This document shows, piece by piece, positions 1 through 12,518 of a DNA stretch of 64,000 bases; positions within the stretch are counted from its first letter, which is position 1, and each line of letters opens with the position of its first letter. Below the pieces are notes generated by a model. That model was given only the letters and a program-made list of their open reading frames with translations. It ran no database searches and was not told where the DNA came from. The DNA comes from Octopus vulgaris (lineage: Eukaryota). Location: the NCBI GenBank assembly GCA_951406725.2, contig OX597817.1, positions 25,234,001 to 25,298,000 on the forward strand. Reading direction: 5' to 3'. A program made the translations under genes and the position numbers.

Positions 1-76
1 ATATACATGCATATATGTATACACTCACAGATATGTATATCATAGAGGGTGACAGACAGATAGACAGGCAGAAGTA

Positions 77-490
77 TACTCTTTACTCTTTTACTTGTTT
101 CAGTCATTTGACTGTGGCCATGCTGGAGAACTGCCTTTAGTCGAGCATCTCGACCCCGGGACTTATTCTTTTGTAAGCCCAGTACTTATTCTATCGGTCT
201 CTTTTGCCGAACTGCTAAGTGACGAGGACATAAACACACCAGCATCGGTTGTCAAGCAAAGCTAGGGGGACAAACACAGACACACAAACATACACGCAGA
301 CACACATATATATATACATATATACGACAGGCTTCTTTCTGTTTCCGTCTACCAAATCCACTCACAAGGCTTTGGTCGGCCCGAGGCTATAGTAGAAGAC
401 ACTTGCCCAAGGTGCCACACAGTGGGACTGAACCCGAAACCATGTGGTTGGTTAGCAAACTACTTACCGCACAGCCACTCCTGCGCCTAT
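77..490 (-). mobile_element. tRNA-derived SINE family A, full length
   Basis: Reverse complement of ggcgcaggagtggctgtgtggtaag...ggttcagtccc head (A/B boxes), internal (TA)(TG) tract and (aaaagagt)n tail; matches copies at 1924, 4670, 24936, 30232, 36152. Confidence 0.9.
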
Positions 491-845
491 GTATATGTAT
501 GTTTATATATATTTTTGTCTATTTATAAAAATAATTTTATGCTTTTGTCTCTAGAAGGATTTGTAGAGTGCTGTTTATTTGCATGTACATAATTATGTTT
601 GGATATATTGAGAAAATTAATACAAAATGCAAACTGCTATCATATTACCCAAATATTTTAAAACTTCATTTCCATGGACAGTAGGTCTAGTATATAGTTC
701 ATAATACACATGTATTTTTACACTTACAGATAACAGTACTCACAAAATATGTATGCTGAGCTAGATATACAAAAATGTATATTCACATATGAACAAAACC
801 TTGTTAGCCCATATACATAATCATATCTATATCTCTGTTTCTGTC

Positions 846-924
<79 letters not shown>

Positions 925-1199
925 ACAAACAAATAATTCAATTATTAGATTTTCACATAAAAAGGCTTAAGTTGAAAAATAATTATGCTTAGTTAATTAC
1001 AAGAGGATATTATTTTTATTTCTTTTTTATCTATCGTCTCACTTTCTTTTTCTTTTAACTTTTGTATACACAAGGAGTACTCAATGTTTGGTAATGGTAA
1101 GCAAAGAAAGGAATTGAAAAAATATCAAAAATGGTAAAAGGAGAATCTTGTCAATAATACTTTTACTATTTTCCAAAACTTTCTATAAATATTATTTTT

Positions 1200-1275
1200 G
1201 TTATCATTATTATTATTATCACCATTATTATTATTATTATTATTATTATCATCATCATCATCATCATCATCATCA

Positions 1276-1306
<31 letters not shown>

Positions 1307-1342
1307 TATTATTATTATTATTATTATCATTATTATTATTAT
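1200..1342. repeat. (TAT)n/(CAT)n compound microsatellite
   Basis: Directly visible; source of poly-Y/H/I/L ORFs. Confidence 0.95.
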
Positions 1343-1819
1343 CAGTTTGCTTTTGTTTTTTATTTTGCCTCTTATTTCAAGTAATTTCATATAATTTAAT
1401 CTGATTCTCTTCTTAAAATTTGAAATTAAATACATCTGTCTTTTGGTTAAATATTTGCCAATCCTGATCATATGTCTTTAGCAAGAGAAATTAGTCTAAT
1501 ACATTTTCTTTGTTCTCTGTGTCTTTCTTAGAAATATTTTTATGTTTTATCTTGTTGATATATATTTTGTATGACTGCCTATCTCTCAATCTGCTTTTCT
1601 ATCTATCAGCCATTTGATTTATTTACCCATCATTCTATCTATCTGTATATTTAACAAGGTATCCTTTTACTTGTAAGTATATCTAGTTTCCATTGTTAAA
1701 TTTGTAGTTAAATGTATAAATGCACTGATAAATGCAAACAAATATATTTGCACATGTAAGCATGTATGTCAATTTTTCTATTGTTCAATTTTTTTTTAGT
1801 TCATTACGATATGTGGCTT

Positions 1820-1872
1820 GTGCCTGAAGAATATGTTTGAGTATTTTTAACAGATGAAACTATTAGTAGTGT
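1820..1872 (+). ncRNA. Type I hammerhead ribozyme motif, aged
   Basis: gtgc-CTGAAGA-atatgtt..aacagat-GAAAC-tatta-GTA-gtgt; stem II 6/7 bp; stem I only with G:U pairs; AATAAA follows at about 1898. Confidence 0.55.
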
Positions 1873-1923
1873 TTAAATGCATGTGCTGTACCATTTAAAT
1901 AAATTATACATACATAAATTATA

Positions 1924-2342
1924 CAGACGCAGGAGTGGCTGTGTGGTAAGTAGCTTGCTAACCAACCACATGGTTCCTGGTTCAATCCCACTGCGTGGCA
2001 TCTTGGGCAAGTGTCTTCTGTTATAGCCTCGGGCCGACCAAAGCCTTGTGAGTGGATTTGGAAGACGAAAACTGAAAGAAGCCTGTCGTATATATGTATG
2101 TATATATATATATGTATGTGTGTGTATATGTTTGTGTGTCTGTGTTTGTCCCTCTAACATTGCTTGACAACCGATGCTGGTGTGTTTAAGTCCCCGTCAA
2201 TTAGCGGTTCGGCAAAAGAGACCGATAGAATAAGTACTGGGCTTACAACGAATAAGTCCCGGGGTCGATTTGCTCAACTAAAGGCGGTGTTCCAGCATGG
2301 CCGCAGTCAAATGACTGAAACAAGTAAAAGAGTAAAAGAGTA
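1924..2342 (+). mobile_element. SINE family A, full length
   Basis: tRNA-like head, family body, aaaagagtaaaagag tail. Confidence 0.9.
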
Positions 2343-2439
2343 TACCCGACAAATAACAACCCGACAAATAACAACCCGACAAATAACGTGAGTTCATGGC
2401 TGTTTCCTGCACCAGCTTCGCGTAACAGCCACAGCCTAT

Positions 2440-3148
2440 CTTGGATCACAGAACGGCCTGCTGTGCTTGCCTTGGATCGTAGGGCGACCTGCTGTACTTG
2501 AGGAGACCTATTGAGTCAAGTACATCAACATCAAAATAAAAATCAAATGGAACTTGTAGTTGTGATACCTATGCCGGTGACATGTAAAAAGCACCAACCG
2601 ATCGAGGCTGCTGGCATGTAAAAAGTACCCACTACACTCATGGAGTGGTTGGCGTTAGAAAGGGCATCAAGCTGTAGAAGCACTGCCAGATCAGACTGGT
2701 GCCTGGTGCAACCTCCTGACTTCCCAGACCCCGGTTGAACCGTCCAACCCATGCTAGCATGGAAAACGGACGTTAAACGATGATGATGATGATGATGATA
2801 CATACATACATACATACATACATACATACATACATACATACGTGCATGCAAGCATGATGAATCATGATCTTCAGAAGCTGGGTCTCATGAAGGTGATGGC
2901 AAATGATCGAGACTTTTGGTGATTTGCTCTGCTTGAGAAGACTCATTGAGTCAAAGGAATTTGTAGTCATGGACAGTGTCAGAGACATGTAAAAGGTACC
3001 CACTACACTCTTGGAGTGGTAGATGTTAGGAAGGGAATCCAACCAAATTAGGTTAGAGCATGGTACAGCTCTCCAGCTTATCAGTTTCAATCAAACTGTC
3101 TAACCCATGCCTGCATGGAAATCTGATGCTAAAATATGATGATGATGG
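2440..3148 (+). mobile_element. Two 5'-truncated RTE LINE 3' ends
   Basis: ORF2 C-terminal ..AVLEET/DLQKLGL..DRDFW..ALLEKT-like remnants, then 3' UTR ending ccaacccatgc..gcatggaa..(GAT)n. Confidence 0.75.
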
Positions 3149-3336
3149 TCACGATATATAATCATCTTTCTATCTCCAGAATTCTTTATTGTGACTCCAG
3201 TACTAGGATACCTCTCTAGTGCTGGAGTTGAAATAAAAGCACCAAGAACTCTCTGTGAAATGTAAGATTGTGAAGGCTCTTTAGTCTTGTCAAGGACATG
3301 GCAATCTCTCATGTTGAGTATAACAAACGAAAAGCT

Positions 3337-3639
3337 TCCATGCCAGTGGCACATAAAAGGCACCATTCGAGTGTGATCGTTACCAGCATCGCCTTATGTG
3401 TAAAAAGATTCGAGCGAGGTCGTTGCCAGTACCACCTGACTGGCTCCCATGCCGGTAGTATATAAAAAGCACCCACTACACTCTCCCAGAGTGGTTGGCG
3501 TTAGGAAGGGCATCCAGCTGTAGAAACTCTGCCAGATCGAGATTGGAGCCTGGTGCAGCCATCTGGTTCGCCAGACCTCAGTCAAAATCGTCCAACCCAT
3601 GCTAGCATGGAAAGCGGACGTTAAACGATGATGATGATG
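3337..3639 (+). mobile_element. RTE LINE 3' UTR copy
   Basis: ggcgttaggaagggcatccagctgtagaaac...gttaaac(gat)n. Confidence 0.85.
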
Positions 3640-4669
3640 AAAAGCCTTTCCCAGAGCATCTGGTGTTAAAAATGGCATCCACCGGAAAAAAACTAAGTGC
3701 AAAAGGAAACACGAGTAAGAGATCCTCCCACCTGTTAGGTAAGAAGTACCATGTCTACTTATGAAGGTAAGAAACAGAACATGTTCTGCTGATGTTTTAC
3801 AACATGATCTCAAGAACTGGGAGATGTTCTAGATTGTTAGGCAGTGTATCAGAGAAAATCTTGAAGTTGTGGTGATGAAATTTATATGGGTGATAATGTC
3901 ACATGTGCACTTAGCATCATAGAAGCGCTGCTTTAAAGAGGCTATTAAATGTAATGAATGTATAGGAGAAAGAGAGTTTTCATAGTGTTGACCAAACAAA
4001 GGGACCAGCTATTCTAATTGACAGCAGTTTTATAGGTAACTCAATTAAAGTATATACTGGCTCATCAGAAATTGCTGATGAGATGATTAAATTATATGGT
4101 GGAATAAAATATGGCTTAGTCACCTGTGTATTTACTCAGGCTGTTCAAGAAGGTTTCACATCCAATTACTGACATAGAGACATCGTATTCAACTACTGTA
4201 AAGGTAAATGAGATCTCTTAGAGAAAATTAATTAAAGGGAATTCAAAATTTGAATCTCGTGATGAAAGTAGCAGAAAGAGTTATAGGTTGATTGATTAGA
4301 GAGAAATTTAACCGTAATGAGACATAGTTCGATTATGTGAAACGGAAAATTATTACTGATATCATCATTCTAGTGAGACAATTGCAGGAGAGGTACTCGA
4401 CCGAAAGTAAACCATTGTAGTTAGCATTAGTTGACCTGGAGAAAACTTTTGGCGGAATCTCTTGTTCGATGATGTGGTGATCGCTGAGGAAGCTGGGATT
4501 AGATGAATGACTGAGAGGTATGACACTTTTGTCGGTAGAGTGAGATTTAGCAATGAGTACAATGACAAATTTAGTGTGCAGTTAGGCATCCATCAGTGCT
4601 TCAATTTATCATAGTCCATCAGACTATAATGGAAGAGTGGATGAGTGGATACCTGTGAGAAATTCTATA

Positions 4670-5082
4670 GGGGTAGGAGTGGCTGTGGTGGTAAGTAGCT
4701 TGCTTACCAACCACATGGTTCCGGGTTCAATCCCGCTGCGTGGCACCTTGGGCAAGTGTCTTCCACTATAACCTCAGGCTGTCCAAAGCCTTGTGAGTGG
4801 ATTTGGTAGACGGAAACTGAAAGAAGCCCATCGTATATATGTATATATATATGTGTGTGTATATGTTTGTGTGTCTGTGTTTGTCCCCCCAACATCACTT
4901 GACAACCAATACTAGTGTGTTTATGTCTCCGTAACTTAGCAGTTCGGCAAAAGAGACTGATAGAATAAGTACTAGGCTTACAAAGTATATGTCCTGGGGT
5001 CGATTTCCTCGACTAAAGGCTGTGCTCCAGCATGGCCACAGTCAAATGACTGAAACAAGTAAAAGAGTAAAAGAGTAAAGAG
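4670..5082 (+). mobile_element. SINE family A inserted in RTE RT
   Basis: Full-length copy flanked by tata at 4666-4669 and 5083-5086. Confidence 0.9.
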
Positions 5083-5611
5083 TATACTGATGACTACTTT
5101 CGTATAGTCTAATTTGTATTAAAATTAAAGAAGAAATTTCTGGTTAAGAAGTAAAATCTAAAACTGGAATACCTCAAAGCTAACTAAGCATAGACTGAAA
5201 TATTAGTAAGCAGGAAAATAGGCATGGTACTTTACTATCAAGTAAATGGCTTTGTTGATGCATCGAAAAGGAATTGGGAGAAATTTCATAGGTAAACTCA
5301 TTGCAAATTGTGAATACTCAAGAATTGCAATGGAATCATGGGAAGGTTTGCAGAGAAAGCAAACTATGCATGAGGAAGACACAGTGGCTCAATAAATACT
5401 AAGAATGCATGGGAATAGTTGTTCTCAAATGCCCAATGTGATGTAATAAGGTAGCCTAATTAGTAGTGGTGGAAGATGCTCTGAAAGTATTATAACTAGA
5501 GTATGAATGGAATGGAGTGTACAAAGAGTTGTTATCACTGATGGCAACAAAATATTTCTCATTCAGAGTTATAGTGCTTTTGTACAAACTGCAATGCTAC
5601 TTGGTAGTGAT

Positions 5612-6135
5612 ATCATCATCATCATCATTGTCAGCACTTAACGTCTGTTTTCCATGCTGGGATGGGTTGAATGGTTTGACTGGGGTCTGGGTAGCCAGGA
5701 GGCTGCACCAGGCTCCAGTCTGATTTGGCAGTGCTTCTATAGCTGGATGCCCTTCTTAATGCCAACTACGTCGGCTGCGGAGTCATTCCGAAAAGCTCTA
5801 CCTGCGACGATTTCATCTCAATCGAAGGAGAGGAGCTTTCTCCATCCAGGTTGTGGATCCGTGGAACAAGCTGCCAGACGAGATGGTGAAGATGCCGACG
5901 ACCGCTTTGTTCAAAGTCTCCCTTGACCTCCAGTGACCTGAACTCTTTACATGAACACCACCCTGTACTTAACTCCATGTCCCCCTACATGGCCTTGCTT
6001 TTTGCGTTTGAGCCAAAAAATTAACTAACTAACTAACTCAGAGAGTGTAGTGGGTGCTTTTTACGTGCCACTGGCACAGGGGCCAGAGGGGACTGGTAAC
6101 AACCACAATCGGTTGGTGCTTTTTTCATGCCGGCT
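5612..6135 (-). mobile_element. RTE 3' UTR copy split by a CR1 fragment
   Basis: (cat)n..ttaacgtctgttttccatgc..ggatgcccttcttaatgccaac, resumes gagagtgtagtgggtgc at about 6041. Confidence 0.8.
5768..6038 (+). mobile_element. CR1-type LINE 3' end
   Basis: Translates RLRSHSEKLYLRRFHLNRRRGAFSIQVVDPWNKLPDEMVKMPTTALFKVSLDLQ*, the CR1 ORF2 C-terminal pattern; (taac)n tail. Confidence 0.85.
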
Positions 6136-6897
6136 TGTTAAAATGCAACTAGCATGCTCCAGGGGATGTGCAATGTTAGTGTGCATAAACAGCAACCAAA
6201 TATATGTTGAAAGAAAGTTTGGGTATAAAAGGAACCAGGTAAAGTGGGCAGAAGAGAAATAACTGCCTTGATTTGGGCATTCGATACATTTGAATGAGGA
6301 TAATTATGTAAAGAAGGGCCAATCACTTACAGTGGATGGAAACAGTGGAAGAGAAAGACATGGTTCAAACTAGTAAAGGCTAATCTCAGGATGCTGAGTG
6401 CTAAGAAGGAGATGACAAAGGCTCAAGATGATTGGTGAGAAGCAGTGCTCAAAAAGACCCACTCAGTTTTGCATGCATGTCATGACTCAATTCTGAATTA
6501 ATAATGTGTATGTATTCTGAATGTACACAACTGAGCTTCTGGAAGTATAATGTGTATGCACACTATATATACTCAACTGAGCACCTATACTAAATGTCCT
6601 AGTCAAGTTTATAACTGTTGCTTCCTCACTCCCACTTCCAGGTAACTAGGTCTCTCCTCTGGGCCACTTCCTATTGACATCTATTTCTCATTTTTACTAT
6701 CAGCACTCTTCCATTCATATTTACCACCAACAATACTATCTTTGTCCATATCCATCTCTCCCTGCTACACTTGCAATATTTAGCCCCATCCCTGAACTCC
6801 CTAACATTCTTCTATCAACATTATTATTCTGCTTCTGTAAGTAACAAAAGCAGTATCTTTTACTACTTAATATATCATATCACCCTTTCAATTGTGC

Positions 6898-6965
6898 ATG
6901 TGGTGTAGTGATTATGAGTGCAGTCTACTAACTCCAGGATTCCGAGTTCGATTCCATGCAGTGAC
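6898..6965 (+). mobile_element. Isolated tRNA-like head of the hammerhead SINE family (second copy about 12951-13018)
   Basis: ggtgtagtg..ctactaactccaggattccgagttcgattcc..gcagtgac matches 15838-15903. Confidence 0.65.
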
Positions 6966-7223
6966 TCCCTCTCCTCTGAGCTATTCCTGATATCTTTCTC
7001 TCACTCTTATAATTCCCCTGCTCGTATTTACCATGAAACAACTCAAACCATGTTCCTCATTCACAGTATTCATCTACATACATCTGGCTATATCCACCTC
7101 ATATTTCTATCCATTCCTCACTGTTTGCCACACTTTACAACCCTACCCATACATCTCACTTCTTCTGTATTCACATTTTCTATGTTCACATTCTTGGATA
7201 TGGTGCATCAATGGCTCGTTCTT

Positions 7224-7450
7224 ATTTCTTTTATTGCCCACAAGGGGCTAAACATAGAGGGGACAAACAAGGACTGACAAAGGAATTAAGTCGATTACAT
7301 CGACCCCAGTGTGTAACTGGTACTTATTTAATCGACCCCGAAATGATGAAAGGCAAAGTCGACCTTGGTGGAATTTGAACTCAGAACGTAGCAGCAGACG
7401 AAATACCAGTAAGCATTTCACTCGATATGCTAACGATCCTGCAAGCTCAC
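7224..7450 (-). mobile_element. tRNA-derived SINE family C (second copy 13277-13503)
   Basis: RC of ..gagttcaaattcc..gtcgactttgcctttcat..cggggtcga..aagtaccag; central block resembles a Meta-type SINE domain; also at 28273 and 47922. Confidence 0.85.
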
Positions 7451-7519
7451 TGATGGCACATTCTGGTACCCTGTCAGCACCGTATTTACCTTTCTTTCTG
7501 GCACCACTCCAAGTCACCT

Positions 7520-7770
7520 CATCATCATCATCATCATTTAGCGTCTGCTTTCCATGCTAGCATGAGTTGGACGGTTCAACTGGGGTCTGGGAAGCCAGAA
7601 GGCTGCACCAGGTCCAGTCTGATCTAGCAATGTTTCTACGGCTGGATGCCCTTCCTAATGCCAACCACTCCGTGAGTGTAGTGGGTGCTTTTTACGTGCC
7701 ACCGACACAGGTGCCAGATGGGGCTGGCAAACGGCCATGAACGGATGGTGCTTTTTACGTGCCACCGGCA
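7520..7770 (-). mobile_element. RTE 3' UTR copy (second copy about 13573-13823)
   Basis: (cat)n tail and family body. Confidence 0.85.
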
Positions 7771-8006
7771 AAGTAGCTATGAATCTCCTCAACACCGTTA
7801 AACCTATTCTCCTCTTCTTAATTTCACTATTAATGAAGAAATTTCTTTAATCTTGCAAGTTAAGGTGACCTCAGTAGTGTTGGTGTCATAAAAAAAACAG
7901 CCAGTTATCCTCTCAAAATTTGTTGGCATTATAAACATTAAGCCATAGAAGCTATGTTAAAACTGAGACATTGAAGCAAGACCTGACCCACTGGATTTAG
8001 ACAAAA

Positions 8007-8397
8007 TCTCTCTATATATAAAGCTGAAGTTGTCTGTGTATGACAGGTTTGGTAGCCTTCAACTAACACTATCTCCTCCGAGATCCTGCGGTGCAAGTTG
8101 ACCAAAATTGAGAGTATGATAGAAGGCTTGCTCTTCCTTTCATAGAAGAAAAAATTCAAATCGGACTATGTTTACACCAAAAATTATTTACATCAAAAAG
8201 GTGCTTTTTTTTTCTATGAAAATCCCTATTCTTTACGATTTTTTGACTGCTGTGTCGTCATTTTTCGGTGTATTTCAACCAGAAAAATGTTCACTTAAAG
8301 AGAATAACAAGCTACATAATGCAAAATTTTCACTTTTCAAAAATTCCAATTCTAAAGGGTCGAAACAAACCCGAGCAACGCCGGGCGATACTGCTAG
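8007..8397 (+). mobile_element. Non-autonomous Helitron
   Basis: A|TC 5' start, subterminal cccg-agcaacgc-cggg hairpin at 8370-8385, CTAG|T 3' end, no TSD. Confidence 0.8.
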
Positions 8398-8969
8398 TAA
8401 TTTATAAGATGCTTTGTTATATTTACAATATACTGGTTTTCAAAATCCCAGACTGTTTCTGACAATCTACCAAACTTAGTAATAATCCTTTCTACAATAG
8501 GCACCTGGCCTGAAATTTTATAGAGATGGGGTCTGTCAATTACATCAACTGGTACATACTTTATCAACTCTGAAGTATGAGAAGCAAAGTCAGCCTTGTT
8601 GGAGTAAAAAAGTGGAGGTGAATAACAGTGTGAAATGTTAGTTGAGATGCTGATATTTTGATATCTTTGCATCTCTGGTTATTTTTTATTCAGCTTGTTG
8701 ACAATTTATAAGTCTCTAAATATTAATACAGTAAGCACTCCAATAAACTCTTGGCTCAGAATGTATTTTTATGGGAAAATTATTTCTTGATCATTTTGAA
8801 TATAACAGTGGTTGTATTTCATCATCATCATCATCATCATCGTTTATTAATGCATATTATATCTTCAAGGGACCACTATAGAAATGCATCTCATAATACT
8901 CTCTCTTCGTGTTGTGTGTCTTTACCAATAATATTAATTTAATTGAGTGGTTCTTATCCTCTATGAGGA

Positions 8970-9280
8970 TGCAAAAATCTCCAAAATATGAAATCTGATA
9001 TGGCTTGTTATTTAGCTTGATAACAGTGGGTAGCAAAGCCTACACTGCATTGAACAATAAGAGTAGAGATGGAGGTAATGTATCTGTAAATATTAGGTTT
9101 CGTCTTGTGTTCACACTTACATGCTTTAAGACTTCATAAGTAAAGAGGGCAACCTCAATGCTTATTCTTCAGAGTCCAAAATTTAGCCCCATTGAGAAGA
9201 ATGCTCTCTACACAATCCCTGAAAAATATTTTAGCCTTCTTCACTTTTGAATTGCTAGAGATTTGTCAGACGTATTATAG
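8970..9280 (-). pseudogene. Old RTE-like LINE ORF2 C-terminal fragment (second copy about 15025-15335)
   Basis: FRDCVESILLNGAKFWTL...GFATHCY resembles F..TVESILLYG.E.WTL...RFAGHC. Confidence 0.6.
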
Positions 9281-9284
9281 ACTG

Positions 9285-9480
9285 TTCTATATTTAAGAGA
9301 TGAGGAATTATGTACATTATTTAAATTATTTACACTTGACAGATATTTGTCCTCGTCTTGTTTGTTGTTAACACAATATTTCAGCTGATATACCCTCAAG
9401 CCTTCATCAGGGGTCTTGGGGAAATTTTGAACCTGGGTTCTCACTCCTAAGGTATTTTTCGATGTTGTTGTTATTATTAT
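9285..9480 (-). mobile_element. Tail of the hammerhead SINE; degenerate hammerhead at 9370-9415
   Basis: RC gaccc-CTGATGA-aggctt..cagct-GAAA-tatt-gtgtt. Confidence 0.7.
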
Positions 9481-9483
9481 CAG

Positions 9484-9541
<58 letters not shown>

Positions 9542-9793
9542 GTCATTATTGGCGTTAGGAAGGGCATCCAGCTGTAGAAACTCTGCCAGATCGAGATTGG
9601 AGCCTGGTGCAGCCATCTGGTTCGCCAGACCTCAGTCAAAATCGTCCAACCCATGCTAGCATGGAAAGCGGACGTTAAACGATGATGATGATGAAAAGCC
9701 TTTCCCAGAGCATCTGGTGTTAAAAATGGCATCCACCGGAAAAAAACTAAGTGCAAAAGGAAACACGAGTAAGAGATCCTCCCACCTGTTAGG

Positions 9794-12518
9794 TAAGAAG
9801 TACCATGTCTACTTATGAAGGTAAGAAACAGAACATGTTCTGCTGATGTTTTACAACATGATCTCAAGAACTGGGAGATGTTCTAGATTGTTAGGCAGTG
9901 TATCAGAGAAAATCTTGAAGTTGTGGTGATGAAATTTATATGGGTGATAATGTCACATGTGCACTTAGCATCATAGAAGCGCTGCTTTAAAGAGGCTATT
10001 AAATGTAATGAATGTATAGGAGAAAGAGAGTTTTCATAGTGTTGACCAAACAAAGGGACCAGCTATTCTAATTGACAGCAGTTTTATAGGTAACTCAATT
10101 AAAGTATATACTGGCTCATCAGAAATTGCTGATGAGATGATTAAATTATATGGTGGAATAAAATATGGCTTAGTCACCTGTGTATTTACTCAGGCTGTTC
10201 AAGAAGGTTTCACATCCAATTACTGACATAGAGACATCGTATTCAACTACTGTAAAGGTAAATGAGATCTCTTAGAGAAAATTAATTAAAGGGAATTCAA
10301 AATTTGAATCTCGTGATGAAAGTAGCAGAAAGAGTTATAGGTTGATTGATTAGAGAGAAATTTAACCGTAATGAGACATAGTTCGATTATGTGAAACGGA
10401 AAATTATTACTGATATCATCATTCTAGTGAGACAATTGCAGGAGAGGTACTCGACCGAAAGTAAACCATTGTAGTTAGCATTAGTTGACCTGGAGAAAAC
10501 TTTTGGCGGAATCTCTTGTTCGATGATGTGGTGATCGCTGAGGAAGCTGGGATTAGATGAATGACTGAGAGGTATGACACTTTTGTCGGTAGAGTGAGAT
10601 TTAGCAATGAGTACAATGACAAATTTAGTGTGCAGTTAGGCATCCATCAGTGCTTCAATTTATCATAGTCCATCAGACTATAATGGAAGAGTGGATGAGT
10701 GGATACCTGTGAGAAATTCTATAGGGGTAGGAGTGGCTGTGGTGGTAAGTAGCTTGCTTACCAACCACATGGTTCCGGGTTCAATCCCGCTGCGTGGCAC
10801 CTTGGGCAAGTGTCTTCCACTATAACCTCAGGCTGTCCAAAGCCTTGTGAGTGGATTTGGTAGACGGAAACTGAAAGAAGCCCATCGTATATATGTATAT
10901 ATATATGTGTGTGTATATGTTTGTGTGTCTGTGTTTGTCCCCCCAACATCACTTGACAACCAATACTAGTGTGTTTATGTCTCCGTAACTTAGCAGTTCG
11001 GCAAAAGAGACTGATAGAATAAGTACTAGGCTTACAAAGTATATGTCCTGGGGTCGATTTCCTCGACTAAAGGCTGTGCTCCAGCATGGCCACAGTCAAA
11101 TGACTGAAACAAGTAAAAGAGTAAAAGAGTAAAGAGTATACTGATGACTACTTTCGTATAGTCTAATTTGTATTAAAATTAAAGAAGAAATTTCTGGTTA
11201 AGAAGTAAAATCTAAAACTGAATACCTCAAAGCTAACTAAGCATAGACTGAAATATTAGTAAGCAGGAAAATAGGCATGGTACTTTACTATCAAGTAAAT
11301 GGCTTTGTTGATGCATCGAAAAGGAATTGGGAGAAATTTCATAGGTAAACTCATTGCAAATTGTGAATACTCAAGAATTGCAATGGAATCATGGGAAGGT
11401 TTGCAGAGAAAGCAAACTATGCATGAGGAAGACACAGTGGCTCAATAAATACTAAGAATGCATGGGAATAGTTGTTCTCAAATGCCCAATGTGATGTAAT
11501 AAGGTAGCCTAATTAGTAGTGGTGGAAGATGCTCTGAAAGTATTATAACTAGAGTATGAATGGAATGGAGTGTACAAAGAGTTGTTATCACTGATGGCAA
11601 CAAAATATTTCTCATTCAGAGTTATAGTGCTTTTGTACAAACTGCAATGCTACTTGGTAGTGATATCATCATCATCATCATTGTCAGCACTTAACGTCTG
11701 TTTTCCATGCTGGGATGGGTTGAATGGTTTGACTGGGGTCTGGGTAGCCAGGAGGCTGCACCAGGCTCCAGTCTGATTTGGCAGTGCTTCTATAGCTGGA
11801 TGCCCTTCTTAATGCCAACTACGTCGGCTGCGGAGTCATTCCGAAAAGCTCTACCTGCGACGATTTCATCTCAATCGAAGGAGAGGAGCTTTCTCCATCC
11901 AGGTTGTGGATCCGTGGAACAAGCTGCCAGACGAGATGGTGAAGATGCCGACGACCGCTTTGTTCAAAGTCTCCCTTGACCTCCAGTGACCTGAACTCTT
12001 TACATGAACACCACCCTGTACTTAACTCCATGTCCCCCTACATGGCCTTGCTTTTTGCGTTTGAGCCAAAAAATTAACTAACTAACTAACTCAGAGAGTG
12101 TAGTGGGTGCTTTTTACGTGCCACTGGCACAGGGGCCAGAGGGGACTGGTAACAACCACAATCGGTTGGTGCTTTTTTCATGCCGGCTTGTTAAAATGCA
12201 ACTAGCATGCTCCAGGGGATGTGCAATGTTAGTGTGCATAAACAGCAACCAAATATATGTTGAAAGAAAGTTTGGGTATAAAAGGAACCAGGTAAAGTGG
12301 GCAGAAGAGAAATAACTGCCTTGATTTGGGCATTCGATACATTTGAATGAGGATAATTATGTAAAGAAGGGCCAATCACTTACAGTGGATGGAAACAGTG
12401 GAAGAGAAAGACATGGTTCAAACTAGTAAAGGCTAATCTCAGGATGCTGAGTGCTAAGAAGGAGATGACAAAGGCTCAAGATGATTGGTGAGAAGCAGTG
12501 CTCAAAAAGACCCACTCA
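9794..12518 (+). pseudogene. Second copy of the decayed RTE ORF2 with the same nested SINE A (10724-11136), RTE 3' UTR and CR1 end (11821-12091)
   Basis: Near-identical to 3740-6465. Confidence 0.85.

Larger units (their letters stand above)
3740..6465 (+). pseudogene. Decayed RTE-clade LINE ORF2 (reverse transcriptase), interrupted by nested insertions
   Basis: Degenerate motifs in order: KGK.D...N..G, LVRQLQE, LALVDLEKTF, LRKLG, YTDD (from YADD), Cys-rich segment, SMLQGMCNVSV, AVLKKT; many stops and frameshifts. Confidence 0.85.

Noticed and set aside
2345-2387. Three copies of acccgacaaataaca
   Set aside because: Contiguous 14-15 bp tandem repeat without spacers; local slippage, not CRISPR
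9120-9218. Apparent minus-strand exon (tttttcag...gtaagt)
   Set aside because: Translates as a decayed RTE-like ORF2 fragment with stops
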